Source: a virus (lineage: Duplodnaviria; Caudoviricetes). Taken from it: 64,000 bases of DNA. Positions 28,818-38,873 of the stretch are shown piece by piece (positions within the stretch are counted from its first letter, which is position 1; every line of letters starts with the position of its first letter). The notes below the pieces were generated by a model. The model was given only the letters and a program-made list of their open reading frames with translations. It searched no databases and had not been told where the DNA came from. The translations under genes were made by a program, and so were the position numbers. The stretch lies in the IMG/VR virus record IMGVR_UViG_3300032007_000001. One strand, written 5' to 3'.

Positions 28818-28829
28818 ATTTCCTCCAAA

Positions 28830-29552
28830 TTAGACCAAATTGTCAGCATCATTAAATTTGTTAATATTTCTTTCTTTTTCTCCGTCTTTTGGAGATAATT
28901 TACCTGCAAAAATCAAATCTTGTCTTGAATTATATAATTCCATTTGTTTTTTGAATTCTTCTGTAAATGCTATTTCCAATTCAAAATTCATTCCATATTG
29001 CATATCCAAAGCGCGTATTGTACTTAATACTATTTCAGCAAATGTATGGATTTCGTTTCTAAAGAAATTTGAATCTATTGTACCTTCTTGTTTTATATTT
29101 CCAGAGACTTTATTCAATTCGTCTATCAACGATTTGATTTGTCCCATATATCCAATTGTATATTGATGTTTTTTTGCTTCAGAAAGTTGTTCTACTTCTT
29201 CGAGTCTTGTCAATGCCAATTCAATCATATGACTTAATGTATTGGCTTTGTCAATATTTATCTTTAATCCTTGTCTATAATCTTCTCTGTCTTGTTTGAC
29301 TTTTGATTTTATGCGAGCATCTTGTGCTAAAAATTCATCTCTTTGGTCAAAATGTCTTTGCAAATGTCTTCTTATAGACGAAGGTGCTATGTTTTCTTCT
29401 TTTACGATTCTTCTATCAGCTGGGTCTGTCATATCTTGCAAATACTGATAGATTTTTTCTGGAGAAAAACCTTTGCATGAAAGTTGTTCAATAATGTTTC
29501 TATGCTTTGACATGCAAACTTTACATTTTTTCTCTGTTAACACATAGCTCAC
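28830..29552 (-). CDS. hypothetical protein with CxxC...HxxxH Zn/HTH N-terminus (possibly terminase small-subunit-like)
   Basis: CKVC...SSIRRHLQRH followed by a helical region; function inferred only. Confidence 0.55.
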   Translation of the reverse strand: MSYVLTEKKCKVCMSKHRNIIEQLSCKGFSPEKIYQYLQDMTDPADRRIVKEENIAPSSIRRHLQRHFDQRDEFLAQDARIKSKVKQDREDYRQGLKINIDKANTLSHMIELALTRLEEVEQLSEAKKHQYTIGYMGQIKSLIDELNKVSGNIKQEGTIDSNFFRNEIHTFAEIVLSTIRALDMQYGMNFELEIAFTEEFKKQMELYNSRQDLIFAGKLSPKDGEKERNINKFNDADNLV

Positions 29553-29661
29553 CTCTTTATTTCCAAATATATTTTATCAAATTACATTGAAAAAGAAAAT
29601 TGATTTCTAAAATTTTTTATACATTAAAAAAGCCGGATTATTTATATCCGGCTTTAATTTT

Positions 29662-29973
29662 TTATTTTTTTGCAAATTCAAATTTTGTATCAAAAACTGT
29701 TAAGCATTTTCCAGCAAGAATTTTATCCGGCTCGTTTGTCCATGTTCCGAGAAGCAAATCTTCTTTGATGTCTTTCATCAAAACTTTTCGATTCATTACT
29801 CCAGCATCAACTCCTCGTGCCCATGGTTCTGGGACAGCAACATATTTGTACGTTTCATCATGTTTCGTTACCACCTTGCACAATCCAAGGTAAACGTATT
29901 TATCACTTTCATGCCAATAGATTCTACCAAATTGCAAACGATGTTTTTCTTTACTTGAAATTTTCATATTCAT
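29662..29973 (-). CDS. hypothetical protein
   Basis: 103-aa ORF coupled to the upstream gene; terminator at ~29627-29655. Confidence 0.65.
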   Translation of the reverse strand: MNMKISSKEKHRLQFGRIYWHESDKYVYLGLCKVVTKHDETYKYVAVPEPWARGVDAGVMNRKVLMKDIKEDLLLGTWTNEPDKILAGKCLTVFDTKFEFAKK

Positions 29974-30836
29974 GCTCCTTTTTTAAGAACAATCTTACCT
30001 TTGTCTTGAGCCCAATCTTTCAAATCTTGCAATGTAACCCAACCAAAATTATATTTGTCTTGCTCTTGCGGGTTGAGCCAGAAAATAAGATTTCCTTTAT
30101 CGTCTTTCTTTGGAGAAAGTGCAAAAAATTTTTTTCCGGCATTTTTCAGTTCTTCGTAAATGCCAGTTTCGTATGCTTCTTTCCACGTTTCATAATTTTC
30201 CTTATCGTTCTCGTATACCTTGTCAGCCCAAGACTTAGGAATCAAAGACTTGATAAGGATAGTAAGACCAGCATTCTTAAATACTCCGCCACCAGTAAAT
30301 CCAATTGTGATATCGAGATTTTGAAACGCATTATACAACGTTTCAACTACATTTTTATCTTTTGCCATGAAGGCAAAATCTTCACCGCTCCAACATGCAG
30401 AAAAATCCCAATCATCTTCCCAAGGAATGAGTTCAGAATGCGGTTTCTCATTGCAATTGCGGTCATAATATCCACCTGCACACACGAGAGCATATGCTTT
30501 TTCGCCTTTGATTTTATATTCGTAAATCTTTACGTTAGAACCATCGCGAATAGAACGTGCTTCAATACCAAACAACGGTTTAAGAGTACCATTGTAAGAT
30601 TCAAAATTATCTCGTTCAGATGCTGAAACATAGTTTCCTTTATTGTCAATATAATTTCCAATACCGCATCTACGAGAAATTCCCTTAATGCCCCACTCAT
30701 GTTCAGCACAGTAATCTGCACCAAGGTCTACACCAACAATAATGTTAGCTTTCTTTCTTTTGTACCCAAAATCTTTTCCGTAAATCACCTTTCCATGAAA
30801 TGCTCTACGCATTATTTCAGCCCCTTTCGTTAACAC
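29970..30836 (-). CDS. hypothetical protein
   Basis: 288-aa ORF (likely start ATG 30812) behind a TTTACA/TATAGT promoter. Confidence 0.75.
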   Translation of the reverse strand: MLTKGAEIMRRAFHGKVIYGKDFGYKRKKANIIVGVDLGADYCAEHEWGIKGISRRCGIGNYIDNKGNYVSASERDNFESYNGTLKPLFGIEARSIRDGSNVKIYEYKIKGEKAYALVCAGGYYDRNCNEKPHSELIPWEDDWDFSACWSGEDFAFMAKDKNVVETLYNAFQNLDITIGFTGGGVFKNAGLTILIKSLIPKSWADKVYENDKENYETWKEAYETGIYEELKNAGKKFFALSPKKDDKGNLIFWLNPQEQDKYNFGWVTLQDLKDWAQDKGKIVLKKGA

Positions 30837-30870
30837 TATATCATATTTTTAAGTTTTTGTAAACAACTTT

Positions 30871-31182
30871 TTATACTTTTCCAATATATGGATTTTCAAA
30901 GCTAAGAGGATTTACGCCAAGAGCAAACAGGTATTGGCGATATTGCCATGTATCTTCCGGACGTACATCCCAATCAACGAGATATTCATCTTCTGTCAAT
31001 GTAATATTATCTTCAATTTCTTCTTTTTCATCTCCCCATACTGTAGTAATAACAGCACACACTTCATTATCTTTTTCATTGCGTTCAATATCTTCAATCT
31101 TCTTTGGTGCAACGCATTCGTTAAGCAAAGCTTTGATTTCTTTGTCTGTGAGTTCAACTATCCTACGATAATTTTTTTTCAT
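30871..31182 (-). CDS. hypothetical protein
   Basis: GGGAG RBS and upstream sigma70-like promoter (31214-31241). Confidence 0.7.
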   Translation of the reverse strand: MKKNYRRIVELTDKEIKALLNECVAPKKIEDIERNEKDNEVCAVITTVWGDEKEEIEDNITLTEDEYLVDWDVRPEDTWQYRQYLFALGVNPLSFENPYIGKV

Positions 31183-31246
31183 GGCATTTATTCTCCCTTC
31201 TTTTGATGTTTATATTATACCATAATTTAGTAAAAAGTAAATAGCT

Positions 31247-31663
31247 TTGTGCAAAAATATATGTACAAATTTAATGAATTATGATAAAATTACATTAAAG
31301 GAGAGAAAATTAATGTTTAAGAATATAAGATTAATCAAACAAGAAATTAAATATTCAACATGGGGAATAAGAGAATATCTTATGATGTTTCGTTTTTCAT
31401 GTAAAAATGAAAATAATGAAAAAGATATGGTGCATATTATCATATCAAGTAATATCGATTTTAATTTTTATCATTGTGTTATATCTGCAAAAGAGATTCA
31501 TAAAATATTCAATTTTCATAGTATGTTTGGTAAAAAATTAAGCACATATGATTTTGCTAGAGAATATGGATTGTATTATTCTGAATTTTATAATAAGGTT
31601 TTTGATAAATCATTAAAACATTTTTATAAACAAGTAAGACTTTTGGAACGGGTGGGATTATGA
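31247..31663 (+). CDS. hypothetical protein, GL-tail family
   Basis: ends ...ERVGL*; likely start ATG 31313 after AAGGAG. Confidence 0.7.
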   Translation: MCKNICTNLMNYDKITLKERKLMFKNIRLIKQEIKYSTWGIREYLMMFRFSCKNENNEKDMVHIIISSNIDFNFYHCVISAKEIHKIFNFHSMFGKKLSTYDFAREYGLYYSEFYNKVFDKSLKHFYKQVRLLERVGL

Positions 31664-32094
31664 TGTCTGTACAAACAGAACTTATGGATTTTTTTAATTT
31701 GTTCTATCAAATAAAAACATGGACAATGATGTTGAATGATGATAGATGCAAATATATGATGGAAATAATGTCAAAAATGGAAACAATAAAAGACATAATG
31801 ATTATATGTTTTGACATTTATAATACATATCAATTGAAAAATGGAAATTATGTAAGAGGCGAAAGAATTTTTACAATTGAAGTTAATGTAACAGAAGATA
31901 TATTTACTGCATATGAATATTCATTTTGCAAACATAAAGGACATCTTAGAGATTTTAGAGATGTGCTTTTAACAGAACATTCGTTAAGAGATGTGTTTGA
32001 TATAATAATGACATTTGAAAAAAACATTTTGCCAAAAATCAAAAATTTCGAACAAGAAACGTATGAAATGCATTTAATCAAATATGGATATTAA
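31660..32094 (+). CDS. hypothetical protein, tail variant GY
   Basis: ends ...IKYGY*; coupled to the previous gene. Confidence 0.65.
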   Translation: MMSVQTELMDFFNLFYQIKTWTMMLNDDRCKYMMEIMSKMETIKDIMIICFDIYNTYQLKNGNYVRGERIFTIEVNVTEDIFTAYEYSFCKHKGHLRDFRDVLLTEHSLRDVFDIIMTFEKNILPKIKNFEQETYEMHLIKYGY

Positions 32095-32141
32095 AAAAGC
32101 AGCTAGTTTTTATAGCTGCTTTTAATTTATTTAATTTTTGG

Positions 32142-32849
32142 GTGATGAGAATGAGTAATGATTTGAAAAATCAATTGATAGATTTACTTTCGTCCAATGA
32201 TTATGATATAAATTTTAACACATATGAAACAATAAAAAGTTTAATTATAAATGAAGAAAATCAAAATAATATTTCTAATGAGAACTTAGTTTTCATTAGG
32301 GTTTTATCTAAACAAGAATATAATAAATATATTAAAAATGGAACTTGTAATGGGTCTATAACTGCTGAAAATATTAATGTTTGGCATATGCAAAAAGATA
32401 AAGATTTTTCAAAAAGTTTATTTGTTCATGATGGCAGAGTACATGAAGAGTATTCGTTTGATAGATATTTTTCCTTAACACAAGACAATAACTTAGATGA
32501 AATGAATACATCTGATTTAGATGCTTATAATATTTATATTGAAAGTTCCTGGAGTCGTGATAATAATTGGTATAAAAATTCCGACGCAATGAAAAATGGT
32601 GGTTATTATTGGAGAGAAAACGAATATAATTTTCCAGTAACTATTCCCAAAACCACAACTATTAAAAATACTAGAATTGAAACAAAGGCTGCACTTCGTC
32701 CATATTCTTGGACCTATGAACAGTTAATTGCAGATGGTTGGGTTTATCGGACTTATAGTCTTTTAAGAGTTGATATTCAAGATATAGCTTGTTATAGACC
32801 TGCATTTACTTATAAAGACAATAATAAATCAATTAATATATATTATTGA
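32142..32849 (+). CDS. variable-core paralogue family member 3
   Basis: IRVLSKQEYNKYIKNGTCNGSIT...NVWH and YRPAFTYKDNNKSINIYY. Confidence 0.75.
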   Translation: MMRMSNDLKNQLIDLLSSNDYDINFNTYETIKSLIINEENQNNISNENLVFIRVLSKQEYNKYIKNGTCNGSITAENINVWHMQKDKDFSKSLFVHDGRVHEEYSFDRYFSLTQDNNLDEMNTSDLDAYNIYIESSWSRDNNWYKNSDAMKNGGYYWRENEYNFPVTIPKTTTIKNTRIETKAALRPYSWTYEQLIADGWVYRTYSLLRVDIQDIACYRPAFTYKDNNKSINIYY

Positions 32850-32962
32850 GTTGATATAATATGAAAACAATCAATTTAATAGATGAACAATATAATATTG
32901 ATAATAAAAAATCATTGAGTATTTATAAATAAATTAGAAAATGGAAATGCGAGGTAACAAAA

Positions 32963-33484
32963 ATGAAAAAAATAGCTGGGTATTATTCTGAAATCGAAGA
33001 ATATGATGGTTTTTATTTTAGATACAATTATAAGCGTCAAGAATTGGAAGCTTTAGATGAAAGTGGTCATGTTCTTACATATAAAGAGCTTTCTTTGGAA
33101 GATTGGGAAGACAACAATGAATATTGGATAGAAACATTTGCTGATGAACTTAGTGAAGAAGCTGGACGCTGGACAGACAGTTTGCTTGAAGAATTTGGCT
33201 GTTTGGAAAAGAAGAAAATTAAAAAAGCAAATTCTCAGGAAGATATTGATAATTTCGTAGCAAATGCTGAATTTTTTAATAAAGGAATTTTATTAAAAAT
33301 AGATAGCTTAAAAAGTCTTGTATTTCCAAACGATAAAAAATTTGAGCAAGATGAATATTACACATCAAAAATTGATAAATTGAAGAAAGAAGTAGAAGAA
33401 CTTGAAGCAGTTGCACAAAAAGTTAAAACAACTTTAGGAGATATTAAAACAACGAAAAACTTAAAGAAAGATAATTTTATATGA
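32963..33484 (+). CDS. hypothetical acidic protein (MKKIA leader; internal KKIKKANS)
   Basis: GAGGT RBS. Confidence 0.7.
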   Translation: MKKIAGYYSEIEEYDGFYFRYNYKRQELEALDESGHVLTYKELSLEDWEDNNEYWIETFADELSEEAGRWTDSLLEEFGCLEKKKIKKANSQEDIDNFVANAEFFNKGILLKIDSLKSLVFPNDKKFEQDEYYTSKIDKLKKEVEELEAVAQKVKTTLGDIKTTKNLKKDNFI

Positions 33485-33491
33485 AATTAAG

Positions 33492-33782
33492 GTGGGTTAT
33501 ATGAAGCACTTAAAGAAAATAGCTAGTGACCAAAATTTTGAAACGAAAGTTAATGATTATATCAATAAATTAGAAATGGTATCTTCTGGGCTTACATCAA
33601 ACAAAATTCTTTTAAGTAATCTTTCTGATGATTTTTGGAAAGCTTATCAAGATGAAAATGGTGAAGCTGTTGATGAAACGTTTAAGAAAGCAGCCAAACA
33701 CGTATTAGAAGCAACCAATTTATTAAATGGAGTTTTAGAAGACTTACATTTTTATCAGAGAGATATGGGATTTAGGGAGTAA
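33492..33782 (+). CDS. hypothetical protein (MKHLKKIAS leader)
   Basis: likely start ATG 33501. Confidence 0.65.
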   Translation: MGYMKHLKKIASDQNFETKVNDYINKLEMVSSGLTSNKILLSNLSDDFWKAYQDENGEAVDETFKKAAKHVLEATNLLNGVLEDLHFYQRDMGFRE

Positions 33783-33786
33783 AAAA

Positions 33787-34041
33787 ATGAGCAATAATTT
33801 TGAAGCAATTAGATTTAGTAAAGATGTTGTAAGAACACTCACATATGCAATTAATAATATAAAAGAAGATTATATGTTAGAAGGTAGTAAAGCATTAAAA
33901 GATATACAAGAAAGATATGATATGGGATTTGATACAACTTTCAATGGTATTCTTACAAGATTAGAAGAAGCAAAACAGACTGCTGAAAATCAATATAATG
34001 ATATAGTGCGGCTTGATGAAGATGTTGTGGATGAAAGATAA
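33787..34041 (+). CDS. hypothetical protein
   Basis: GGGAG RBS; ends at a bidirectional hairpin (34041-34069). Confidence 0.65.
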   Translation: MSNNFEAIRFSKDVVRTLTYAINNIKEDYMLEGSKALKDIQERYDMGFDTTFNGILTRLEEAKQTAENQYNDIVRLDEDVVDER

Positions 34042-34053
34042 AAAGTGGAAGCA

Positions 34054-34944
34054 TTAAGCTTCCACTTTTTCTTTGTCTTTTTTCTTCCAATCAATTTGTT
34101 TTAAATCGCCTTGATAAATAAGATGTTTATTAATATAGTCTCTATCTTCTTCAAATATTGGGATATTTAAGTCTACATTCCATCTTGTTTTTATTACATC
34201 TGGCTTATCATCAATTGTGAAGTTTTCTTTGAAAACACATACGCCTCTTTGGAAATATATCGGCACACTATCCCAATCAAAATCTTTTTCTTCTTTCAAC
34301 TTCTTAATAACTTCACCAGAATTTACGCCTTCCAATTCTTTCGTTGAAAAATAACAATGCGCTACTTGATTAATAGCATTTCTTACTGCATCTCTTTGCC
34401 TGAAAATGAAAGCATTATTGACTTCAAACTCTGGGAGTGAAAATGCTGTGCAATCAAATTCTGCTTGGAAAACTTTCGTATAAATATGATTTAAGATAGT
34501 ATCATCTAATTTTGTTGGTTGGTCTGTAAACGGGTCGATATAAGATTTATTTGTACATGCATTATACAACGCTTTATTGAAGCCATTTGTGCAAATAGAA
34601 GCAGATACAGAAAGCAGTTTATTCAAACGTTTGGAATACCAAGATTCTGTATTTTCTCCTTTTTCTACTAAAAGCAATGTGATTTCATCACTTTGTGTAT
34701 ATGCAATTTCTGTATTCGGTATATTTCTGCACATATGCTTTGCAGTTTCAATCATACAATGTCTAAATAATGTGCTAAATGGGCGCTTAAATCCTTTTGT
34801 AAAATTTCGAAAAGCTCTACCGTCGCATCTTATAAGAGTTGGAGTCCTAATAGGAAGAACATTTTTGTAAACAGCTTCATAACCTTTCATTCTTGCTGCC
34901 AATGTATTTGGTTTCTTTTTCATCTTTTTCTCCTCTCTTTTCAA
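34054..34944 (-). CDS. thg1: tRNA(His) guanylyltransferase Thg1-like protein
   Basis: RMKGYE, IRCDGRAF..FT, YTQSDEITLL, FRQRDAVRNAI. Confidence 0.9.
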   Translation of the reverse strand: MKREEKKMKKKPNTLAARMKGYEAVYKNVLPIRTPTLIRCDGRAFRNFTKGFKRPFSTLFRHCMIETAKHMCRNIPNTEIAYTQSDEITLLLVEKGENTESWYSKRLNKLLSVSASICTNGFNKALYNACTNKSYIDPFTDQPTKLDDTILNHIYTKVFQAEFDCTAFSLPEFEVNNAFIFRQRDAVRNAINQVAHCYFSTKELEGVNSGEVIKKLKEEKDFDWDSVPIYFQRGVCVFKENFTIDDKPDVIKTRWNVDLNIPIFEEDRDYINKHLIYQGDLKQIDWKKKDKEKVEA

Positions 34945-34991
34945 AACGCATTTTTAATATATAATATATAAAGAAAATAAAAAAGTAAACA

Positions 34992-35585
34992 ATGATTCTT
35001 AAAAATTACAAAGTTTTTGTTTTACATGGAGTTGAAAAAATGAGAATTGGATTGGATATAGATGGGACAATCAATAACTTAGACGAAGTTGTGCGTCCCA
35101 TTATTAAAGAACAATATAATATTACTACTTATCCAGACCAATATGAACTTTTCCCAGGGATGACTACTGAACAAATTCACGAATTTCATGTTAATAATAA
35201 AGATATTTTTATTAACGATATTAAGCCAATTAAAAATTCTCAATATGTTATTAATAAGTTATATAATGACAAATGTCATATTTATGTAATAACGGCTAGA
35301 ACAAAAAAGAAAATATATGATATGACTATTGATTGGTTTAGAAAAAATGATTTTAATTTGAGAGCTTTTAAGGATATGTTTTTTGACGTTGACGAAAAAC
35401 ATAATTTATGTAATTTATTAAACATTGATTTTATGATAGAAGATTGTCCTAAACATTTGGAAGATTTGTATAATTACAATATCAAAACAATTAGATTTGA
35501 CCACCCATATAATCAAAATAATCACTGTTATTTTCATAGTAATGATTGGTTAGAAATTTATGATTACTTGAAAACATTTTATTAA
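34992..35585 (+). CDS. 5'(3')-deoxyribonucleotidase, HAD superfamily
   Basis: RIGLDIDGTI, VITAR, MIEDCP, FDHPYN; likely start ATG 35040. Confidence 0.85.
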   Translation: MILKNYKVFVLHGVEKMRIGLDIDGTINNLDEVVRPIIKEQYNITTYPDQYELFPGMTTEQIHEFHVNNKDIFINDIKPIKNSQYVINKLYNDKCHIYVITARTKKKIYDMTIDWFRKNDFNLRAFKDMFFDVDEKHNLCNLLNIDFMIEDCPKHLEDLYNYNIKTIRFDHPYNQNNHCYFHSNDWLEIYDYLKTFY

Positions 35586-35642
35586 TAAAAAGTATTTTGT
35601 ATTAGAACGGATATGAAAATAAGTTTTTGGAAGTGAAAAACA

Positions 35643-36347
35643 TTGGCAAAAAATAATGAATTATCATTAAAGAAATTGTATGAAATGATTCAGGAAAAAG
35701 CTCCTTTGGAACATTCTCATTCGTTTCTTGGAAGTATAGAAGATGCAAGAAAATTATATGGTATTTCATACGAAAAATATATGAGAAATAATTTGAAAGA
35801 CCAAATTATTCAATCTCCTCATAATACTGTTAGTGTTGGCGTTGAAAGTAATAGTTCTATAATGAGAATGATTGCTGGAAATAATAAGAACTATTTGATA
35901 TCTGAAAACAAAAATTTAAGTACTAACAACTTAACAATTACTGGATATAATGAAGAAGATGTTGTTGTAAATATCAATGGTTCTTTATTAATCAAAGGAC
36001 AACCGATTTCAGCATCGCCAGAATTATCAGAACCTTCACCAAGCACTCCATCTGTAATCAATAATATAACTACTAACGCACCAGTCGGGTCAATCATACA
36101 AATGATTTCTCAGGCAGTACCAGATGGTTACGTTGAAGCTAATGGTAATGATTTATTAAGAAGCGATTATCACGATTTATATGAATTTGCTAAAACGAAA
36201 ACCGATATATTGTCAGATTCTGAATGGTTAGCAAAACAGGCAGATGATGAAAATGTAGAATATTATAGTCATGGAGATAGCTTAACAACATTTAGAGTAC
36301 CAAGTTTAGTATCTGGTGGAAAGATGAGATATTTTATTAAATATTAA
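35643..36347 (+). CDS. tail-fibre/tail-collar domain protein
   Basis: PVGSIIQM...PDGYVEANG..L.RSDY.DLY...GDSLTTFRVPSL. Confidence 0.75.
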   Translation: MAKNNELSLKKLYEMIQEKAPLEHSHSFLGSIEDARKLYGISYEKYMRNNLKDQIIQSPHNTVSVGVESNSSIMRMIAGNNKNYLISENKNLSTNNLTITGYNEEDVVVNINGSLLIKGQPISASPELSEPSPSTPSVINNITTNAPVGSIIQMISQAVPDGYVEANGNDLLRSDYHDLYEFAKTKTDILSDSEWLAKQADDENVEYYSHGDSLTTFRVPSLVSGGKMRYFIKY

Positions 36348-36383
36348 AAATAAAAGACCAACAAATGTTGGTCTTTTATTTTT
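36347..36383. terminator. bidirectional intrinsic terminator
   Basis: AAAATAAAAGACCAAC-aaat-GTTGGTCTTTTATTTT. Confidence 0.75.
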
Positions 36384-36488
36384 TCAAAAGAAAAAGTATG
36401 ATTATTTTTTCTTATTTTTTTTTATCATTCTTTTCTTGTTCTTGTACATACCGCACACACTTCGGATTGTTGCCATGCTTCTCACCAC

Positions 36489-36755
36489 CTAACAAATGGA
36501 ATGCGCGACAAGCACTATAATCTCGCCAGCCAGCGCACCAAGAGCATCGGCAACTATATCACGCCAGTCCGCATCGTGTTCGTCTGAATGCCTGTAGTCG
36601 TATATCTCTTTGCCGCATCCGAATAGCCCGACGTTAAGAGCGAACCGTTGCCACGGGAGCCATGTACGGAAAACGCCAACAAGGATAAGTTCGATGCCGA
36701 GAGACGCGCCGAAGTGCATAAGTTTATCTTTTGGGATATTCATAATGCCCTCCAT
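36489..36755 (-). CDS. small membrane protein (DKxxH, YfiM/VanZ-like)
   Basis: IPKDKLMHF...GKEIYD...DWRDIVADALG. Confidence 0.65.
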   Translation of the reverse strand: MEGIMNIPKDKLMHFGASLGIELILVGVFRTWLPWQRFALNVGLFGCGKEIYDYRHSDEHDADWRDIVADALGALAGEIIVLVAHSIC

Positions 36756-36770
36756 AATACAAGGGCAGGA

Positions 36771-36959
36771 TTACTCCTGCCCGTTGTCACGGCCTTCTTT
36801 GACTTTGCGCTTTACTTCTTCGCAGAAGTCAAAGAACGCTTGATACTCCTGCGGCTTTTCGTCTTTCTGGCGAAGTATGGCAATCTGTGTGTCGATTGAG
36901 TATTTACTGTCGATTACGAGCGCGACTTCTTCTTCGTATGTCAGTTGTTTTTCTTCCAT
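36771..36959 (-). CDS. small tail-fibre-associated protein
   Basis: AAGGAGG RBS; directly downstream of the tail-fibre gene; YSIDTQIAILRQ. Confidence 0.6.
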   Translation of the reverse strand: MEEKQLTYEEEVALVIDSKYSIDTQIAILRQKDEKPQEYQAFFDFCEEVKRKVKEGRDNGQE

Positions 36960-36973
36960 TGTGATTCCTCCTT

Positions 36974-38854
36974 TTAGGCGATGCGGAAACAAAGGGGAAC
37001 GCAAACTGTCGTATCGAATGCATTGTCAAATGCCGCTGCGCCAGTGATGTGAACGTAGCAAATGTATGTAGTGCTTTCTTTACAAGCAGACAATTCCCAC
37101 CACTCACAACGAGTACCACCATTGCCTCGACCTTTAATAATTTTGCTCGCATTCAACTTGAAAATCGGGTACTGCAAATTACATCCAGAGCCGCCAGTTC
37201 CATAACCGGGTTCACTCCAAGATGCGTGGCCGAAAACTTCGATTTCTGAAGGCAACCACAGTTCTCCAGCTGAAGCATCCGACCACCCAGTATCAGATGA
37301 TACAACCCCGCCTCCAGAATACCTATTTTCCAACATAGCTCTTTTGGCTAATATAACATTTTGAACATCAGAAGGAAGAGTTGAGTATATTGATGAAGCT
37401 CCGCTATTAAATTTCCAAAACAAATCGGAACCCTGCCAAGGGGAAGTGTAAGTTAGCCCTTCTCTAACTTGTCCGTTATTTGTATTCGTCGCATTGAACT
37501 GATACGGCGTAGCAAGGCAATCACGACTTATAAAATCAATGTGATTCCCAACGGTTGTACTTCCAAATCCTTTGTAGCAGTTAATACCAGCAATCTCCAT
37601 GATAACTACTTCATTTGTAGTAAGCGTAATTTGCTTATAGTCGCCGATATAGTAGTTATCGAAATTCCCTGCCTGAATGTTGGACTGAATCGTCGCCCAC
37701 GAATCAGTTATTTCCTGTCCACGGAAGATATTGTTGTGGTCATTACCAAATGTTGATGTAAATATAGCAGTTGGTAATTTATTAGCTAACTCTTGAGCAT
37801 ACTGAGTTACATCTATCAATGCTGACTCAGGAGTCTGATTATCGAATGCTTTGATTAATACTCTGTTGGAGGGTCCAATGAATTCGAAGATGATGTAACC
37901 GTCGCCTCCAGCAGTTCCAGCGGTATACTCTCCATCTTTCCAAATAAATCCTCCTCCACCGCCTCCACCTAATTCTCCAGTCATTCCAATAGAATAAGCT
38001 CCACCATCTCCTGCACCATTTCCTCCTATTGCATAAGTACCAAAAACATGACCCGAACCACTACATGGTCCACGATATACTTTTACACCATTAATCGTAG
38101 CAATTGCACCAGGAGTACTAACAGCTGCTTCTGAAGAAGAATACCCTCCGAATCCACCATTACTGACGTAAACATTACTATTTAAGGTAATAGACGAGGT
38201 ACCTCCAACTCCACCCATCGAGCCTGAAGTGGAGTTACTTCCTGCAGTACCTCCAGCACCTCCAGCACCAACAGTAAATGAATATGAAGTCCCAACAGTT
38301 AATGGCTCATAAAAAGATAATATTGCTCCTGACCCACCACCTGAACCAGAAAGATGAACTCCAGATGACCATGTTCCAGCGCCACCACCACCGCCGCCTC
38401 CACCTTGGAGAGTAATCTTATAATAACCTGACTTAGTAGGAGTAAACGTTCCGTCACCAGGAGTAGTGATCATAGTCTTCTCATAATCAGTAAATGATAA
38501 TGAATGAGTCATCTTAGGAAGATTAAATGTAGTACTACCATCACCTGGACCATATGATGTACCAATTACATCAAATAAATCAGGATACATAGCACGAGAT
38601 ACTGCAGCACCATTACATTCAAGATAACCCATTGGATTAGTATTTGTAGCACCATATTCAATAATTGATCCAATAGGAATACTACTGCTACCTATTTCCG
38701 TCCTTAATGAATTTGCGCTATCTATAGTCTTGCTTATACCTTTCATATAAGAAGACATATCTTCTATTTGGTCTACCTCGGTCTCAAGATGATGTAGTTC
38801 TTGGGAGTTTGTAGAAGGATTGGGTAGATATAATTTTGATTTTCTAGTTGGCAT
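36974..38854 (-). CDS. tail-fibre protein (collar domain, Gly-rich domain, C-terminal DUF6273/C-type-lectin-like domain)
   Basis: IPIGSII...GYLECNGAAVSRAMYPDLF...GDGSTTFNLP; GGGGGG runs; LWLPSEIEVFG...WWELS...VPLCFRI. Confidence 0.85.
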   Translation of the reverse strand: MPTRKSKLYLPNPSTNSQELHHLETEVDQIEDMSSYMKGISKTIDSANSLRTEIGSSSIPIGSIIEYGATNTNPMGYLECNGAAVSRAMYPDLFDVIGTSYGPGDGSTTFNLPKMTHSLSFTDYEKTMITTPGDGTFTPTKSGYYKITLQGGGGGGGGAGTWSSGVHLSGSGGGSGAILSFYEPLTVGTSYSFTVGAGGAGGTAGSNSTSGSMGGVGGTSSITLNSNVYVSNGGFGGYSSSEAAVSTPGAIATINGVKVYRGPCSGSGHVFGTYAIGGNGAGDGGAYSIGMTGELGGGGGGGFIWKDGEYTAGTAGGDGYIIFEFIGPSNRVLIKAFDNQTPESALIDVTQYAQELANKLPTAIFTSTFGNDHNNIFRGQEITDSWATIQSNIQAGNFDNYYIGDYKQITLTTNEVVIMEIAGINCYKGFGSTTVGNHIDFISRDCLATPYQFNATNTNNGQVREGLTYTSPWQGSDLFWKFNSGASSIYSTLPSDVQNVILAKRAMLENRYSGGGVVSSDTGWSDASAGELWLPSEIEVFGHASWSEPGYGTGGSGCNLQYPIFKLNASKIIKGRGNGGTRCEWWELSACKESTTYICYVHITGAAAFDNAFDTTVCVPLCFRIA

Positions 38855-38873
38855 TTATATACCTCAGTTATGA

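Noticed and set aside
29817-30626. 269-aa plus-strand ORF and the many other antisense ORFs in the track
   Set aside because: Shadow ORFs opposite well-supported genes, lacking RBS and protein-like composition.
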